DNA of 64,000 nucleotides from a virus (IMGVR_UViG_3300044816_000066:2155-66154); one strand, 5' to 3'; counted from the first letter of the stretch, positions 35,114-46,038 are shown. Numbers and translations are program-made. Notes: a model not told the origin generated them from the sequence alone.

Positions 35114-36169
35114 ATGTCTTTTTTCAATCCATCCAATAGCCGCGATTGGACTCATTACGTTATTCCGCAGACAGACCCGCGGGTTGTGCCGAATACCGCA
35201 GGTGTCATCACCACCACGGGCGGCGCCCGCATCCGTGTTGACTCGGTTGGGCTGTCGCCCGGCACTCCCGAGTTGAACCCGCAGAATTACAAGACTGGTT
35301 CCAGTTCCTCGCTGGTCGGGATTCCGGGCCGCGTACTGGCTCAGGTGCCCATTAAAATGCCATTCATCCCGAGCGGAGCCGCGGGTACTAAGCCGGACTT
35401 TGATCTTCTATTGCAATCCATCTTCGGGCAGGCTCCCACGGTATCGGCGGGGGTCAGCGTCACCTATGCGTATTCCGACGCTATCCTTTTCAGTACGATT
35501 CTGGCGTACAATAAGACGCCCGGATTGACGGCGGCGCGCACCAGCGACATGTACGCCTTTGGCTGGTCTCCGCTGTCTTGGGAACTTGCCTATAACGGCA
35601 CCGAGTTCACGCTGACGCTCAATGGTCAGGCGATCAACGTTGCCTCCAAGCGGCTGTTCAGTGTGAGCTATACCGGCACGTACGTTGCCGCGAAGGGCGG
35701 GCTTACCACCTATCCGGTAGAGCCTTCGTTCAGCACCAATGGCCAATCGGTACCGGCATTCGGCGGCGTGTTTACCTTGGGCGGCGGGCAGGTGTTTGAG
35801 GTAGTTGGACCGTTCACGGTGGGCGGAACGACTGGGATCAATTACCAGAACGACGGATACCTCGATGCCTTCGCACTGACGGCGACGCGCGGCCTGCGTA
35901 CCACGTACATCACCTGTAAGGTTCTGGACACCGATTCCACCATCCTCCAAACGCTGTCGCAAGCCACCTTCAGCAAGGCTCCATTGACGCTTTCTCTCTC
36001 GCTCGGGGCTACGGCGGGGCAGATCGTTACGGTCAACATGACGAACATCCAGTTACCCGCGGAGTCATGGTCTGAGACCGAATCGACCGTGGAGATCAAC
36101 TACAACACGGCGACCGCGCATGAAACCACGGCTGGCGCGAAAGATGATTTGACAATTGTTCTTAGTTGA
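35114..36169 (+). CDS. Major tail tube protein
   Basis: 351 aa, Thr/Gly beta-rich, P...LLQ..FG, C-terminal DDLTI; AAGGAG RBS; precedes the chaperones. Confidence 0.8.
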   Translation: MSFFNPSNSRDWTHYVIPQTDPRVVPNTAGVITTTGGARIRVDSVGLSPGTPELNPQNYKTGSSSSLVGIPGRVLAQVPIKMPFIPSGAAGTKPDFDLLLQSIFGQAPTVSAGVSVTYAYSDAILFSTILAYNKTPGLTAARTSDMYAFGWSPLSWELAYNGTEFTLTLNGQAINVASKRLFSVSYTGTYVAAKGGLTTYPVEPSFSTNGQSVPAFGGVFTLGGGQVFEVVGPFTVGGTTGINYQNDGYLDAFALTATRGLRTTYITCKVLDTDSTILQTLSQATFSKAPLTLSLSLGATAGQIVTVNMTNIQLPAESWSETESTVEINYNTATAHETTAGAKDDLTIVLS

Positions 36170-36185
36170 AAACAAAGGACTTACA

Positions 36186-36785
36186 TTGCAATCTAGAACG
36201 ATCAGCTTTCCATCGAAAGCACATCCGGGAGTGGCCGTTACCATCGCGCGAGTTGGCCCGAAGATGCGGGCCGAATTCCAACGCGAGAATGCGGCCGCAC
36301 TTGCGGAACTATCCGACCTAGGGATGGAGATTCTCCGCAACCGGGAACAACTCACTGCCATCATTCGTGCGGCACTCCCATCGAAGGATGCGGTTCCTGA
36401 ACCTTCGTTCGAGCCAACCGACGAAATGAAGGCGCTCAGTTCCAAACTCAACGAACTGGAGCGCGATTACAACCTGATCGAGTCGGAAAAGCTGGTTCCA
36501 CTCTGGATCAAACGGACGCTGCTATCGGTGACCGGCGGCGGGATGGATGGAACGACCGCCGATGACCTGGCTGAGTTCGGTCCGGACACCTTGGTAGCTG
36601 AGATCGTTCTGGCGATCGGCCAATGTCGCGAGATGACGCCTGATGAAATTCAGGCTTTTTGGTTGCCTTCCACTTCTGGCGCTCAAGCGGATGGCGAGAT
36701 GAAAACTGGCAGTGCGCCACCTGTAGAGACCGCGGCCTTTACGTCAATCGCAATTGCCGGAAATATCCCGATTTCTCCCATCTGA
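36186..36785 (+). CDS. Tail assembly chaperone (G-like)
   Basis: TTG start after AAAGGA; between tube and TMP. Confidence 0.75.
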   Translation: MQSRTISFPSKAHPGVAVTIARVGPKMRAEFQRENAAALAELSDLGMEILRNREQLTAIIRAALPSKDAVPEPSFEPTDEMKALSSKLNELERDYNLIESEKLVPLWIKRTLLSVTGGGMDGTTADDLAEFGPDTLVAEIVLAIGQCREMTPDEIQAFWLPSTSGAQADGEMKTGSAPPVETAAFTSIAIAGNIPISPI

Positions 36786-37153
36786 TAAAAACGCGCATCC
36801 GTGCGTTCATTCCCTCCTTACGATTCGTCTATGAAGGCCCGGAACTTCCGATAGTTTGGCGTCCGACCTACGGGACGACGGTGATGGAAGGCAAAACCGA
36901 GCGCAAGAAATCGGCCCAGCCCGAGGGGATCGAGTCGGACGAATGCCCGGTTAGCGTGGTGCACCGCAATCCAGAGATGCAGCAACTGGTCCAGATTCTT
37001 GACCAATCATGCGCTGCGCGGATGAGGCCGGTTACCGTGTTCGGCCCTGTCGCCAGATGGGACGCCAAGACTCTTGACCTCATGGCGATGTATCACCAGC
37101 AACGCTCTATCGAGAAGTCTACCTACATGCAAGCCGTTCGATCCCCTTACTAA
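36659..37153 (+). CDS. Tail chaperone -1 frameshift extension (T-like)
   Basis: -1 frame, no RBS, entered at G GCT TTT T (36653-36660). Confidence 0.7.
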   Translation: MVAFHFWRSSGWRDENWQCATCRDRGLYVNRNCRKYPDFSHLIKTRIRAFIPSLRFVYEGPELPIVWRPTYGTTVMEGKTERKKSAQPEGIESDECPVSVVHRNPEMQQLVQILDQSCAARMRPVTVFGPVARWDAKTLDLMAMYHQQRSIEKSTYMQAVRSPY

Positions 37154-37156
37154 ACA

Positions 37157-37870
37157 ATGACTAGGATTTGCCGATTGTGCTCAACAGAAAAGCCGATCGA
37201 TGAGTTTTCAATTTACCGCCTCGTTAATGGCTCGGCCCGTAGATTTCAATGTAAGAGATGCATACAGGATAGAGAACTTGAGCGCAGACAGAGAACTGGC
37301 GATGGCAAGAGGTATTCGCGGGAGCACCGGGAACGCGTTGGCCCGGATGTCCTCGGTGAATCCAGAAGGGCCGCATATAAAGCAAACCCGAAACCCTCCA
37401 TTGAAGCAACGACGCGATGGAGGTTAAATAACCTCGAAAAAGATGGCGAAAGGCAAAGGTTGTGGAGAGAAAAGAATCCCACATACCAGAGCGCATGGTA
37501 TCAGAAAAACAAAGTAAAGAGGGACGCCAAGAGCAGGGAGTGGGAGGCAATCCATCCCGCGAAGATACGCCAGTACTCGCTCCTCTCAGGCCATAAGAGA
37601 AGGGCAGAAAAAGCCCAGTCTGGTGGATCTTTTACCGGGCAACAATGGCTGGAAGTTATAAAGAAGTTCGACGAAAGATGCGTTTGTTGTGGTGACAAAA
37701 AACCACTTACCGCCGATCACGTTGTTCCGCTTTCGCGCGGCGGGTCAAGCTTTATAGAAAACATACAGCCCCTTTGTAAGTCCTGTAATTCCAGCAAGGG
37801 AAATCACCACAGCACTGACTACAGAAAGTTCCCATTCAGCCGGATGGGGCAGTCTATCCTTTTCGCCTAA
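37157..37870 (+). CDS. HNH endonuclease, copy 2
   Basis: CVCC.DKKPLTADHVVPLSRGG...NIQPLCKSCN.SK. Confidence 0.9.
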   Translation: MTRICRLCSTEKPIDEFSIYRLVNGSARRFQCKRCIQDRELERRQRTGDGKRYSREHRERVGPDVLGESRRAAYKANPKPSIEATTRWRLNNLEKDGERQRLWREKNPTYQSAWYQKNKVKRDAKSREWEAIHPAKIRQYSLLSGHKRRAEKAQSGGSFTGQQWLEVIKKFDERCVCCGDKKPLTADHVVPLSRGGSSFIENIQPLCKSCNSSKGNHHSTDYRKFPFSRMGQSILFA

Positions 37871-37878
37871 TCCTAAAA

Positions 37879-40800
37879 ATGTATACCCTCGGGTTTGATC
37901 TCCGAACGCAAGGCGCGGATGCCCTCAAGCAGATTGACGCGATCGTTGCTAACCTCCAGAAGAGCACCAGCGCTACGTCTGCACAGCTAAGCATCTTTGC
38001 TCAGCAGATGAAGTTCGGGATCGACAACGGAAAGTCTCTTGAGGCAACCCTTCGGGCGCTCTCATCTTCTACGGCCAAGGTTGACTCCACCACCCGTAAT
38101 TATGCGCGCGGGTTGGTAGACCAAGCCAACTCACAAAAGAAAGCCGAAGACGCAGCCAAAGCCCACGCCAGGGAGATAGACAATCAAGAAAAGGCCTATC
38201 GCCGTCTCGCGGCGGCGCAGGATGCGGCCAACAAGGAAAACGCCAAGCGCAGCGCTGCCCCTCCAGGATTGCTCGATGGGTTCGGCAAAGGATTCGGATC
38301 ATCCGCACTTGGACTTGGGGTAGTTGGCGGTATTGGTCTCCAGTTAGGCCGTGCGGCATTCGACGCGATTTCAGGCAGTGTCCGAGCGCTTACTTCCGAC
38401 TTCGGAAAATATGCCCAGGCAGTTGTAAACGCATCCGATCGGACGGGATTAACTACCAGAGAGTTCCAGCAGTTCAGTGGTGCCGCGTCGATTGCTGGTG
38501 TCAATGCTGGGGCGTTGACGACCGCCATGCGTACCCTTTCGCGCGGGCTGGCGGAGGGTGAAGACGAAGGCAAGAAGCAAGCCGCCGTATTGCGCAAGAT
38601 GGGAGTGGATGCGGCCGAAGCGAGCGGCAAGATTCGCCCGGTCGGGGATATCATTCTCGACGTCTACAAGAAGCTTGGGGATATTCCGGCTGGCGCACAG
38701 CGCGATTTCTTCGCGCAGACGATATTCGGGCGTGGTGGACTCGAAACGCTTCCGCTTGCTGGGCGGCTAGATGAACTCTCGGCGGCTGTTAAGCGTTCTG
38801 GCGCGGTGATTTCCGATCAGGGCATCAAAACCGGGCAGCAATACGCGGAGCAACTTGCCCGCATTGGGCTGGCATGGGATGGATTGGTTCATCGGCTTGC
38901 GGTTCCAATCGTCGGGACAATCAATCTACTCCTTGATGCCGGCAATCCGCAAATCCAGACGGCCACGGGCGCGCAAGCCGCGGCTTTCGGTAGGCGTGGA
39001 CGCGCGGGCACTATTGGCGCAAGCGACCCGCGCGGGACGCAAGGCCTATTCGACCAGGCCATCTTTGGAGCGAATTCCCTTGTAAGCTCGAGTTCCACCC
39101 AATCAGCCAACAAAGCTGCTTACGATCGATTCGTAAAGGGAAACCTCCGCGAGCAGTTGAGTTTGGCTGAGGGTGACCTTGCGGCTACTCCTCGCCCGAA
39201 TGCGTCTACCGGGCAAGCGGGGATTGATGCCTACAATGCCGCGCAAGCGAACGTCGAACGGCTCCGTAAGGCTATTTCTGAGGCTGGTTCAGACGCCAAA
39301 CGCAGCGCAGCGGAGATTCGTGAATTCGATCAGGCCGTACGGTCACTATCGGGTGCTGGTGAATCTAAACTCCTCACGCTCCAGAACCGCTACCAGGACA
39401 CCGTTGAGCGGCTGAGCGGGACGGGAAAACTCACATCAGCGCAGCGCGCAACGCTGTATGGTGCATACAGCCAAGGTGCGTCGAATGAGATTGCCGATTC
39501 AGCGGCGCAGGTTCGCAAGTCCTTGGCAACGAAGTCTCTCGAAAAAGAAAAGAAGGACGTCGAAGGCGCTCTCACCTTCCTGGAGTTCCAGAACTCGGAA
39601 GACATCCGGGCAAGAACGGAAGCGACACGAAACTCCGATCGACAAACAAAAGAAGAAGATACTCAAAAGATCTCTGGTATCCGGGACAACGCATCTAGGC
39701 GTGCGCGTCTACTCGGGGTCAACACTCAGCCCGGACAGGAACTTTCCCAATTATCTCAAGAGCGTAGTATCCGCCGTGAGGCAATCGACCAAGAACGGCA
39801 GATCTTAGAGTCCCATAGTGGGATTTATGACATCGACGCCAAACGTTATGAACTTCAAAAGCAAGCCAATGATGCAGATCTAGAATATCTCGAACAGGCA
39901 GCTCGATTGGCGAAGGAGCGAGAGCAGTCTTTCGCCTCTACATTCGCCACGGGTGCATCCGCAATCCTACGTGGACAGGGGCGCGGGTTCATTCAAAGCG
40001 TTGGCAATCAATTAGAAAATACAGTACTCACAAATGCCGGGAAGCTCATTTACGAATCTCCCCAATTCAAAGGCATTGCCTCATCGCTGCATATCGGTGG
40101 CGACCCAAACTCCACATTCGGCCGGCTGCTAGCGGGAACGCCCTTCGGCCCGAAGGACGGACAATCCAGCGCTGTAAGCATCAACACTCAAGCCACGATA
40201 GACAACACGGCGGCCACGGGTGCGCTGACCAATCTCATCGGGGCGACTACCGGCACTCCGGTCAACGGGGTAGCTGGTGCGGGTTCTATCGGGACTCCGG
40301 GCAGTCTGTCTTTCCCCGGATTCGGCAGTGGCACGGTAGCGGGCGGAATCCTCGGTGGCATCGGCGCCGCTTCCAGTTTGCCCGGACTTGGCGGGATTCC
40401 TGGACTTGGATCGCTCTCCGGCATTCTCAAGGCTGGCTTCCCGATCAGTTCGACCCAATCCTATTCGGGATTCTCCGGCTTCGCTGGGGGGCTAGCGCAT
40501 ACCGGCGACCTGCAAGGCATATTTACGGGCGTGGGGAGCAATGCGGAATCCCTCAGCACCTCGGAACGTTTCGGCGCTGGAATCGGCAGCATCGGTGCAG
40601 CGGCTGGCGGAACACTGAGCGCAATCAGCGGGTTTAAGCGCGGCGGTGGACGCGGGATCACCCAAGGTATCGGCTCAATTGCAGGGACGGCGGCTTTATT
40701 CGATCCAGAACCGATCAGCAAGGCGGTTTTGGCTGGAGTGGCGCTGGTCAGCGGCGTTATCAGTGGAATATTTGGCGACCCGAAACAGAATCGCGAGAAC

Positions 40801-41211
40801 GCCATTAGCAAGTACATCGCGCAGAACCGCTACCTTGCTCCTGAATCACTGAACGTCAGGCAAGGGCCGGGCGGGACATTCGAGGACTTCGACGCCCGCG
40901 GGAATATCCGAACGTCCAGCTTGCGGGCGCTACCCACGGTGGCGCAGCCGTACATTGCTTACCACGGATTCAACGGCACATCGGGCGGGACGCCTTACTA
41001 CGATGTGCCGGGCTATCAATCCGCCCCATTCAGCGGCTCGCCATCGGGTTCGGGCCAAGCACCGGTAACCAACGTGACCATCATGGCGTTGGACGCCCAG
41101 AGTTTTGCGGATTTCGCTCAGAAGAATCATGCAGCATTGGGCAACGCGGTAGCCACCCATCTCCAGATTCACGAGGGACGGTTGTCGAATGCCATCAGGA
41201 ACGTGGTGTAA
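37879..41211 (+). CDS. Tape measure protein
   Basis: 1110 aa, Ala-rich helical, Gly-rich C-terminus; follows the chaperones. Confidence 0.92.
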   Translation: MYTLGFDLRTQGADALKQIDAIVANLQKSTSATSAQLSIFAQQMKFGIDNGKSLEATLRALSSSTAKVDSTTRNYARGLVDQANSQKKAEDAAKAHAREIDNQEKAYRRLAAAQDAANKENAKRSAAPPGLLDGFGKGFGSSALGLGVVGGIGLQLGRAAFDAISGSVRALTSDFGKYAQAVVNASDRTGLTTREFQQFSGAASIAGVNAGALTTAMRTLSRGLAEGEDEGKKQAAVLRKMGVDAAEASGKIRPVGDIILDVYKKLGDIPAGAQRDFFAQTIFGRGGLETLPLAGRLDELSAAVKRSGAVISDQGIKTGQQYAEQLARIGLAWDGLVHRLAVPIVGTINLLLDAGNPQIQTATGAQAAAFGRRGRAGTIGASDPRGTQGLFDQAIFGANSLVSSSSTQSANKAAYDRFVKGNLREQLSLAEGDLAATPRPNASTGQAGIDAYNAAQANVERLRKAISEAGSDAKRSAAEIREFDQAVRSLSGAGESKLLTLQNRYQDTVERLSGTGKLTSAQRATLYGAYSQGASNEIADSAAQVRKSLATKSLEKEKKDVEGALTFLEFQNSEDIRARTEATRNSDRQTKEEDTQKISGIRDNASRRARLLGVNTQPGQELSQLSQERSIRREAIDQERQILESHSGIYDIDAKRYELQKQANDADLEYLEQAARLAKEREQSFASTFATGASAILRGQGRGFIQSVGNQLENTVLTNAGKLIYESPQFKGIASSLHIGGDPNSTFGRLLAGTPFGPKDGQSSAVSINTQATIDNTAATGALTNLIGATTGTPVNGVAGAGSIGTPGSLSFPGFGSGTVAGGILGGIGAASSLPGLGGIPGLGSLSGILKAGFPISSTQSYSGFSGFAGGLAHTGDLQGIFTGVGSNAESLSTSERFGAGIGSIGAAAGGTLSAISGFKRGGGRGITQGIGSIAGTAALFDPEPISKAVLAGVALVSGVISGIFGDPKQNRENAISKYIAQNRYLAPESLNVRQGPGGTFEDFDARGNIRTSSLRALPTVAQPYIAYHGFNGTSGGTPYYDVPGYQSAPFSGSPSGSGQAPVTNVTIMALDAQSFADFAQKNHAALGNAVATHLQIHEGRLSNAIRNVV

Positions 41212-41972
41212 TGCCGTTCTCCCCGCTTCCGATCATCCGCGGCACGTCGACGGCGCTCTATCCGTTCACGCAAACGTTCATCACATTCACGGGCGTCAGT
41301 GATTCACAGAGCGCCAACCCGGTGCGATGGGTGCAGGCACTCCCCATTGTTCAGTTCGCCCTGCCCTACAAGCCGGTGACGCTGGCAGACAAGAACACAC
41401 TTCGCGCGGCATTCGTGAGCGCGAAGGGGCAATTCGTTTCAGGCGGCTCGGGCTCGCTGTCAGTGACTACCGATATCGAGTACGACTATCTTTCATTCGA
41501 CGATGACGAATTCGGCGCAGCTCAGCCGCAGGCGGCCCTGTACGGAACGAACTGGACGCTGACCCAGACCTTACCGCAGAACCTTTCACCCGGTACCGCG
41601 GGGACCGCTTACCCGACCATCGGCGGGCACATCTCGAAACTACCCTACACGCAGAAGGAACGATTCCAGACCATCGTCAGCAAGTCGGCATTCGGGCCGA
41701 AATACACGTTCGCCGAGTTTGCCGGTGGGCTGACGAACTTCCCGAGCACCTCCCTGATGGGCTGGGAGTTCGATGAAGTTCTGACCGATACCGAAGTGGC
41801 TACGAAGGTTGCTCACTTTCTCAATAACTGGGGCAGGTTCAGCCCGTTCCAGTTCACGGACGAAGGTCCAGTTACCTATTCCAACGTTTACTACGCCGCT
41901 GACCGCTTCACCATCGAGCGCCTTCAATTCAATCAGAGCCGCGTCAAAACGGTCCTGATCCAGATGAACTAA
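41211..41972 (+). CDS. Distal tail protein-like (two internal repeats)
   Basis: After the TMP; P.I.G...(A/K)(L)YP-type unit duplicated. Confidence 0.65.
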   Translation: MPFSPLPIIRGTSTALYPFTQTFITFTGVSDSQSANPVRWVQALPIVQFALPYKPVTLADKNTLRAAFVSAKGQFVSGGSGSLSVTTDIEYDYLSFDDDEFGAAQPQAALYGTNWTLTQTLPQNLSPGTAGTAYPTIGGHISKLPYTQKERFQTIVSKSAFGPKYTFAEFAGGLTNFPSTSLMGWEFDEVLTDTEVATKVAHFLNNWGRFSPFQFTDEGPVTYSNVYYAADRFTIERLQFNQSRVKTVLIQMN

Positions 41973-44900
41973 TGTCTTTCACGATCTATTCTGGGAAGGA
42001 AGGTAATTCTCCCAAGCGCCCGCTCTTTCTAGTCTCTATCGTGGCACCGGACGGAGACGTGTGCCTGCTTACCACGGTTCCGTATATCGGCACGACGGAC
42101 ATCGTTTACAACTCAAGCACCTATTTGGCACGCATCCAATCGAACACGTTTCAGCCCATCCAAGCCATGAGCCCGCAGGGATACGACACCGTGCCCGGTT
42201 TCTCCATGACGATCAACGATGGAGACAAGTTCATCTGGACCAACCATTGCTTGCAACACGGATGGCGCGGCTCTGCCGTAACGTTAACGGTCATCCTTTG
42301 GGATGTGGTGGCGAATCAATACTCCACCGATTCCCTCAACTGGACCTTCATCGGCGGGAATCCGGGATACGATCATTCAAGCGGTACTGTCAATTTCAGC
42401 ACCAGTTCATCAACAAACTTCACGCGGCTGAAACTTCCCAGTATCGCGATTCAGTATCGCTGTCCGTGGGACTTCCCTACTACTTACCTACAGCGGCTGG
42501 ACGGTCTGATAAACCCGTCCTCGCTCTTTTACCAGTGCGGCTATTCGGCGGATGTCAATGCCGGAGTAGGCAACCTGATCGCGAGCACCACGCTATCGGG
42601 GGCGATTGCAACCACGGGCGCAACGTCCTGCACTGTGGCATCTGCCACGGGCTTCCCCGCGGTTCCGTTTCAGGCCGTAGTTGGCTCTGAGGAGTTGCTG
42701 GTGACGTTGGTTGCCGGAACCACGCTGACCATCGCGCGCGGCCGGCATCTGACTACGCCAGCAACGCATGGTTCAGGATCTCCGTTTCTGGTTCCATATA
42801 CGAAATGCGAGTTGGTCAGGAGTTCGGCCGATCTTTCCGTGGGCTGCATGGCGCGGCTTGGAAATCACTCTACAACTTCAGTGGCGCCCGATGGCGACAT
42901 TGACCATGACATCGCCGGGCACTTAACCGGGAGGTACGGTGGTGTCACTTGGATTGCACCGTCGCAAGGATTCACTGGAAAGCAGTTCGTTAGCGGGAAC
43001 AGGGTTTTTGGCTTCAATAGCCCAAACACGGCCATTGCGGGCGACTACTACAACATGGTTTATGGCACGCAATGGGTGGATTGTGCGGTCCTGGCTCCCG
43101 CAGGTGATCCGAACTCCAACCGCTCGGAGTGCGTTCCATGCAGCGCATTGTACGGCCCGGCGCAAGTGCAGGTTGTTCTGGTCAATGGCGTCACGATTCC
43201 AAAGGACAATTCGGACGTTCTGAACACGTGGCGGTACATCAACCCGGGCGGACGTGCCGGACACCTCAACGGTGATGCCATTTACGATCAGCACGGCGAC
43301 CCGCACGGTTCGGTCTGCTGTTTTGAGTTTGTAGTCCCGCAGGAGATTGCCGCGGCCGGCTCCGTCCCGGAAGTAAAGGCGCTGGTCAGCGGGCCGCCAA
43401 TCCTGAATGTCTATGCGATTGCAACGGCAACGGCGTCAGGGGGCGCCATCACAGTCACGTTCACCGGCCCGAACTGGGCAGCATTCCCCGGACTGAACCA
43501 ATATACGGGCGCGTCGGTGTCCCTGATTATCGTAGGGAGCACTTGGGCGGGACTGAATAACGTCTGGACGGTTACCGCGGCTACAACCGGACCTCCCGGA
43601 ACGGTTACCTTGAACGGCGGGCCATTCACCGGAAGCGGAACGGGCGGCGCCGCGTTCTTCTATTCGACGCCAAGCCTCAGCGACACGGGCGGGAACTTGG
43701 TTAGCAATCCGTCAGTTCAGACACAGAACGTTTCCGGCCCGGCCGCGAACTTGGCCTATGTCGTCATGGATCTGATGACGTGGGGCAATATCACAATCGA
43801 CCAGTTCGATGCGCCTAGTTGGTATGCGGCGGCCCAGGTATGCGCCACGCCTGTCGCCTATATTGCGGCCAATGGATCGACACAGACACATGCGCAGTTC
43901 AAGTGTTCGTTTGCATTGAATGGATTACAGCGACAGACCCTTGCGCAAGTCATAACGGCCGTGCGCAACGCGGGCAATCTGATGGTTGCCCCTAATTCGA
44001 TAACGGGATTAATTCAGGCATTTGTCAAACAGACACTCCACGATCAGCAACCCGCGGCGATTTCTGGATCGAATTACTCTACCCCGGTCAGTTCACTTAC
44101 AGCGGCAAACACTGTTGCCAATGGATTCTATGCCTACCTGTTCGATGAGACAAATATTGACAAAGACAGTTTTCGGGTGTCGGTCACTAACATCGAATCG
44201 ACGCCAAACACAGTCAATTTCGCTTTCCAGGACGAACAAAACGGATTTCAGCAAGACTCCATCACCGAAATTGATCCCATTGCTTACCAATATTCTGGTA
44301 ACCAAGAGATCGCGGTACCCGTTCCTATACTGGGCGTTCCTAATTTCGACCAAGCGACTCGCGTATCAAACGTTCAGTTAGCCGAAGCGTTGTTCGGGAA
44401 TTTCCGAAACGATGCGGGGGGAACATTGTACTTCGAGTTTAAAACGAATCATCGCGTATTGCATTTAGCATCGCGAATAGGGCTAATTTGCGGTTTAACG
44501 TGGCAGACATTGGGAGTGGGTGTTTCCGCTCCTCAGTCTGTTCGCATTCTTTCAGTTCAACCTGACACTGACGGCGAAAGCTGGAATGTGAAAGCAGCAT
44601 GGCACCAGGATCAGTGGTACACGTATGCGTACGGTCAGAATCCGGGTGCATTCCATCGGAATCCATTGCTGTTCGCGCCGGATCGTCCTCCTTATCCGTG
44701 GCGACCGGGCGAGACTACATGGAGTCCAAACGATGTCCTGTATCCAAACCAGTCCAGCTTCCATTTGGTAGTTGATCCATCGTCCTATCCAACTCAGGTG
44801 AAAGTGGGGGGGTTCGTTCCGGTTAATGCGCAGCAAATCACGCTTGCGCCATTGCTACCTCTCCAATGCGCGACAGCGCCAACTGGCGGGAGTATCAAAC

Positions 44901-45976
44901 CGGGAACCTATTTCATTTCCCTGAGCCCGAATGGGGCGAGCGGCCCGGCATCTCTGTTCAGTTCATGCGTTGTCCCGGTCGGCACCAATACCAACACGAT
45001 CACATTGTCGGGTGTTCAATGGAGGGATAACGTGGCGGCGCCGAATGTGACTCTATTCGCGGGCGCATCCGCCATGCAGATGTCGTCCATTACGAACATT
45101 GGAAATTGGACCAGCAGCACGCCGGATGCGTTCGGCAATGACACCATGTTTGTCATCAACAAGATACCGAGCATCATAGGCCTTGGATTGCCAGATGTGA
45201 ATTTCAATAAATTCCTAGTCGAAGAGACTGATATATTCCACGGCGGCGTGTTTGGAGATGCTGTTGCGACGGCTACTCTGGTCACGATCACGGCAGGGGT
45301 TTTTGGAACTAAACTGACGATGCCCCATGGAACCGGTTGGGGTGTTAATCAATGGGCCGGATACACGCTGTCTCTGTACTACCGTCCAATCCCAACACTA
45401 GGCGACCAGCCCGGCATCAACGCTCCCGTAGTGTCTAATGACGCAACGTCAATCACGGTTCTGGGCACCTTGGTATTCAATCCCGGCGACATCGTTGTGA
45501 TGCGAGCGCAGGCATCGATCGTAAGCGCGAACACAATAGGCGATCCCAACTTTGTTAACGCTCTGGAGCCTGCCGGCTTTAATGTCAACGAGGAAGCCGG
45601 GCGGCAAATCCTCATCATCGCCGGTACTGGGGTCGGATATCCAGCCAAGACGGTTGCATCGAACACGAACACCACCTTTACTATCAATGGTTCTTGGGAG
45701 GTAATGCCGGACATCACTACGGTATTCATTGTCCTGTCGCCAACGATCACGTATTCATATGCAACAAAGCCGTTTGATTCACCAGATCCAACGGTCAGCG
45801 CGTACAGCGAAATCGCAACCACCAAGGCCGTAACGACGCTGGAGCAGCAATTTCTCATCCGGGTATCGACGGCGGATGTGAACGGCAAGACAGCGCCATC
45901 GCAGTATCAGCCATTCCGGGAAGTCTACATCCCAGTCCAGAATCTTCTAGGTCCGGGCTCCGGCATTCAGTTCTAA
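41972..45976 (+). CDS. Tail tip / central hub protein
   Basis: 1334 aa; CPW.FP, PNTV...FQDEQN.FQQDS, G.PNFDQATR motifs; synteny. Confidence 0.8.
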   Translation: MSFTIYSGKEGNSPKRPLFLVSIVAPDGDVCLLTTVPYIGTTDIVYNSSTYLARIQSNTFQPIQAMSPQGYDTVPGFSMTINDGDKFIWTNHCLQHGWRGSAVTLTVILWDVVANQYSTDSLNWTFIGGNPGYDHSSGTVNFSTSSSTNFTRLKLPSIAIQYRCPWDFPTTYLQRLDGLINPSSLFYQCGYSADVNAGVGNLIASTTLSGAIATTGATSCTVASATGFPAVPFQAVVGSEELLVTLVAGTTLTIARGRHLTTPATHGSGSPFLVPYTKCELVRSSADLSVGCMARLGNHSTTSVAPDGDIDHDIAGHLTGRYGGVTWIAPSQGFTGKQFVSGNRVFGFNSPNTAIAGDYYNMVYGTQWVDCAVLAPAGDPNSNRSECVPCSALYGPAQVQVVLVNGVTIPKDNSDVLNTWRYINPGGRAGHLNGDAIYDQHGDPHGSVCCFEFVVPQEIAAAGSVPEVKALVSGPPILNVYAIATATASGGAITVTFTGPNWAAFPGLNQYTGASVSLIIVGSTWAGLNNVWTVTAATTGPPGTVTLNGGPFTGSGTGGAAFFYSTPSLSDTGGNLVSNPSVQTQNVSGPAANLAYVVMDLMTWGNITIDQFDAPSWYAAAQVCATPVAYIAANGSTQTHAQFKCSFALNGLQRQTLAQVITAVRNAGNLMVAPNSITGLIQAFVKQTLHDQQPAAISGSNYSTPVSSLTAANTVANGFYAYLFDETNIDKDSFRVSVTNIESTPNTVNFAFQDEQNGFQQDSITEIDPIAYQYSGNQEIAVPVPILGVPNFDQATRVSNVQLAEALFGNFRNDAGGTLYFEFKTNHRVLHLASRIGLICGLTWQTLGVGVSAPQSVRILSVQPDTDGESWNVKAAWHQDQWYTYAYGQNPGAFHRNPLLFAPDRPPYPWRPGETTWSPNDVLYPNQSSFHLVVDPSSYPTQVKVGGFVPVNAQQITLAPLLPLQCATAPTGGSIKPGTYFISLSPNGASGPASLFSSCVVPVGTNTNTITLSGVQWRDNVAAPNVTLFAGASAMQMSSITNIGNWTSSTPDAFGNDTMFVINKIPSIIGLGLPDVNFNKFLVEETDIFHGGVFGDAVATATLVTITAGVFGTKLTMPHGTGWGVNQWAGYTLSLYYRPIPTLGDQPGINAPVVSNDATSITVLGTLVFNPGDIVVMRAQASIVSANTIGDPNFVNALEPAGFNVNEEAGRQILIIAGTGVGYPAKTVASNTNTTFTINGSWEVMPDITTVFIVLSPTITYSYATKPFDSPDPTVSAYSEIATTKAVTTLEQQFLIRVSTADVNGKTAPSQYQPFREVYIPVQNLLGPGSGIQF

Positions 45977-46008
45977 GTAAAATACTCAACCCGACAATTC
46001 GACCACCT

Positions 46009-46038
46009 AAGCCTCGCGGAAACGCGGGGCTTTTTCTT
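46009..46038 (+). terminator. Intrinsic terminator
   Basis: GCCTCGCG-GAAA-CGCGGGGC-TTTTTCTT. Confidence 0.85.
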
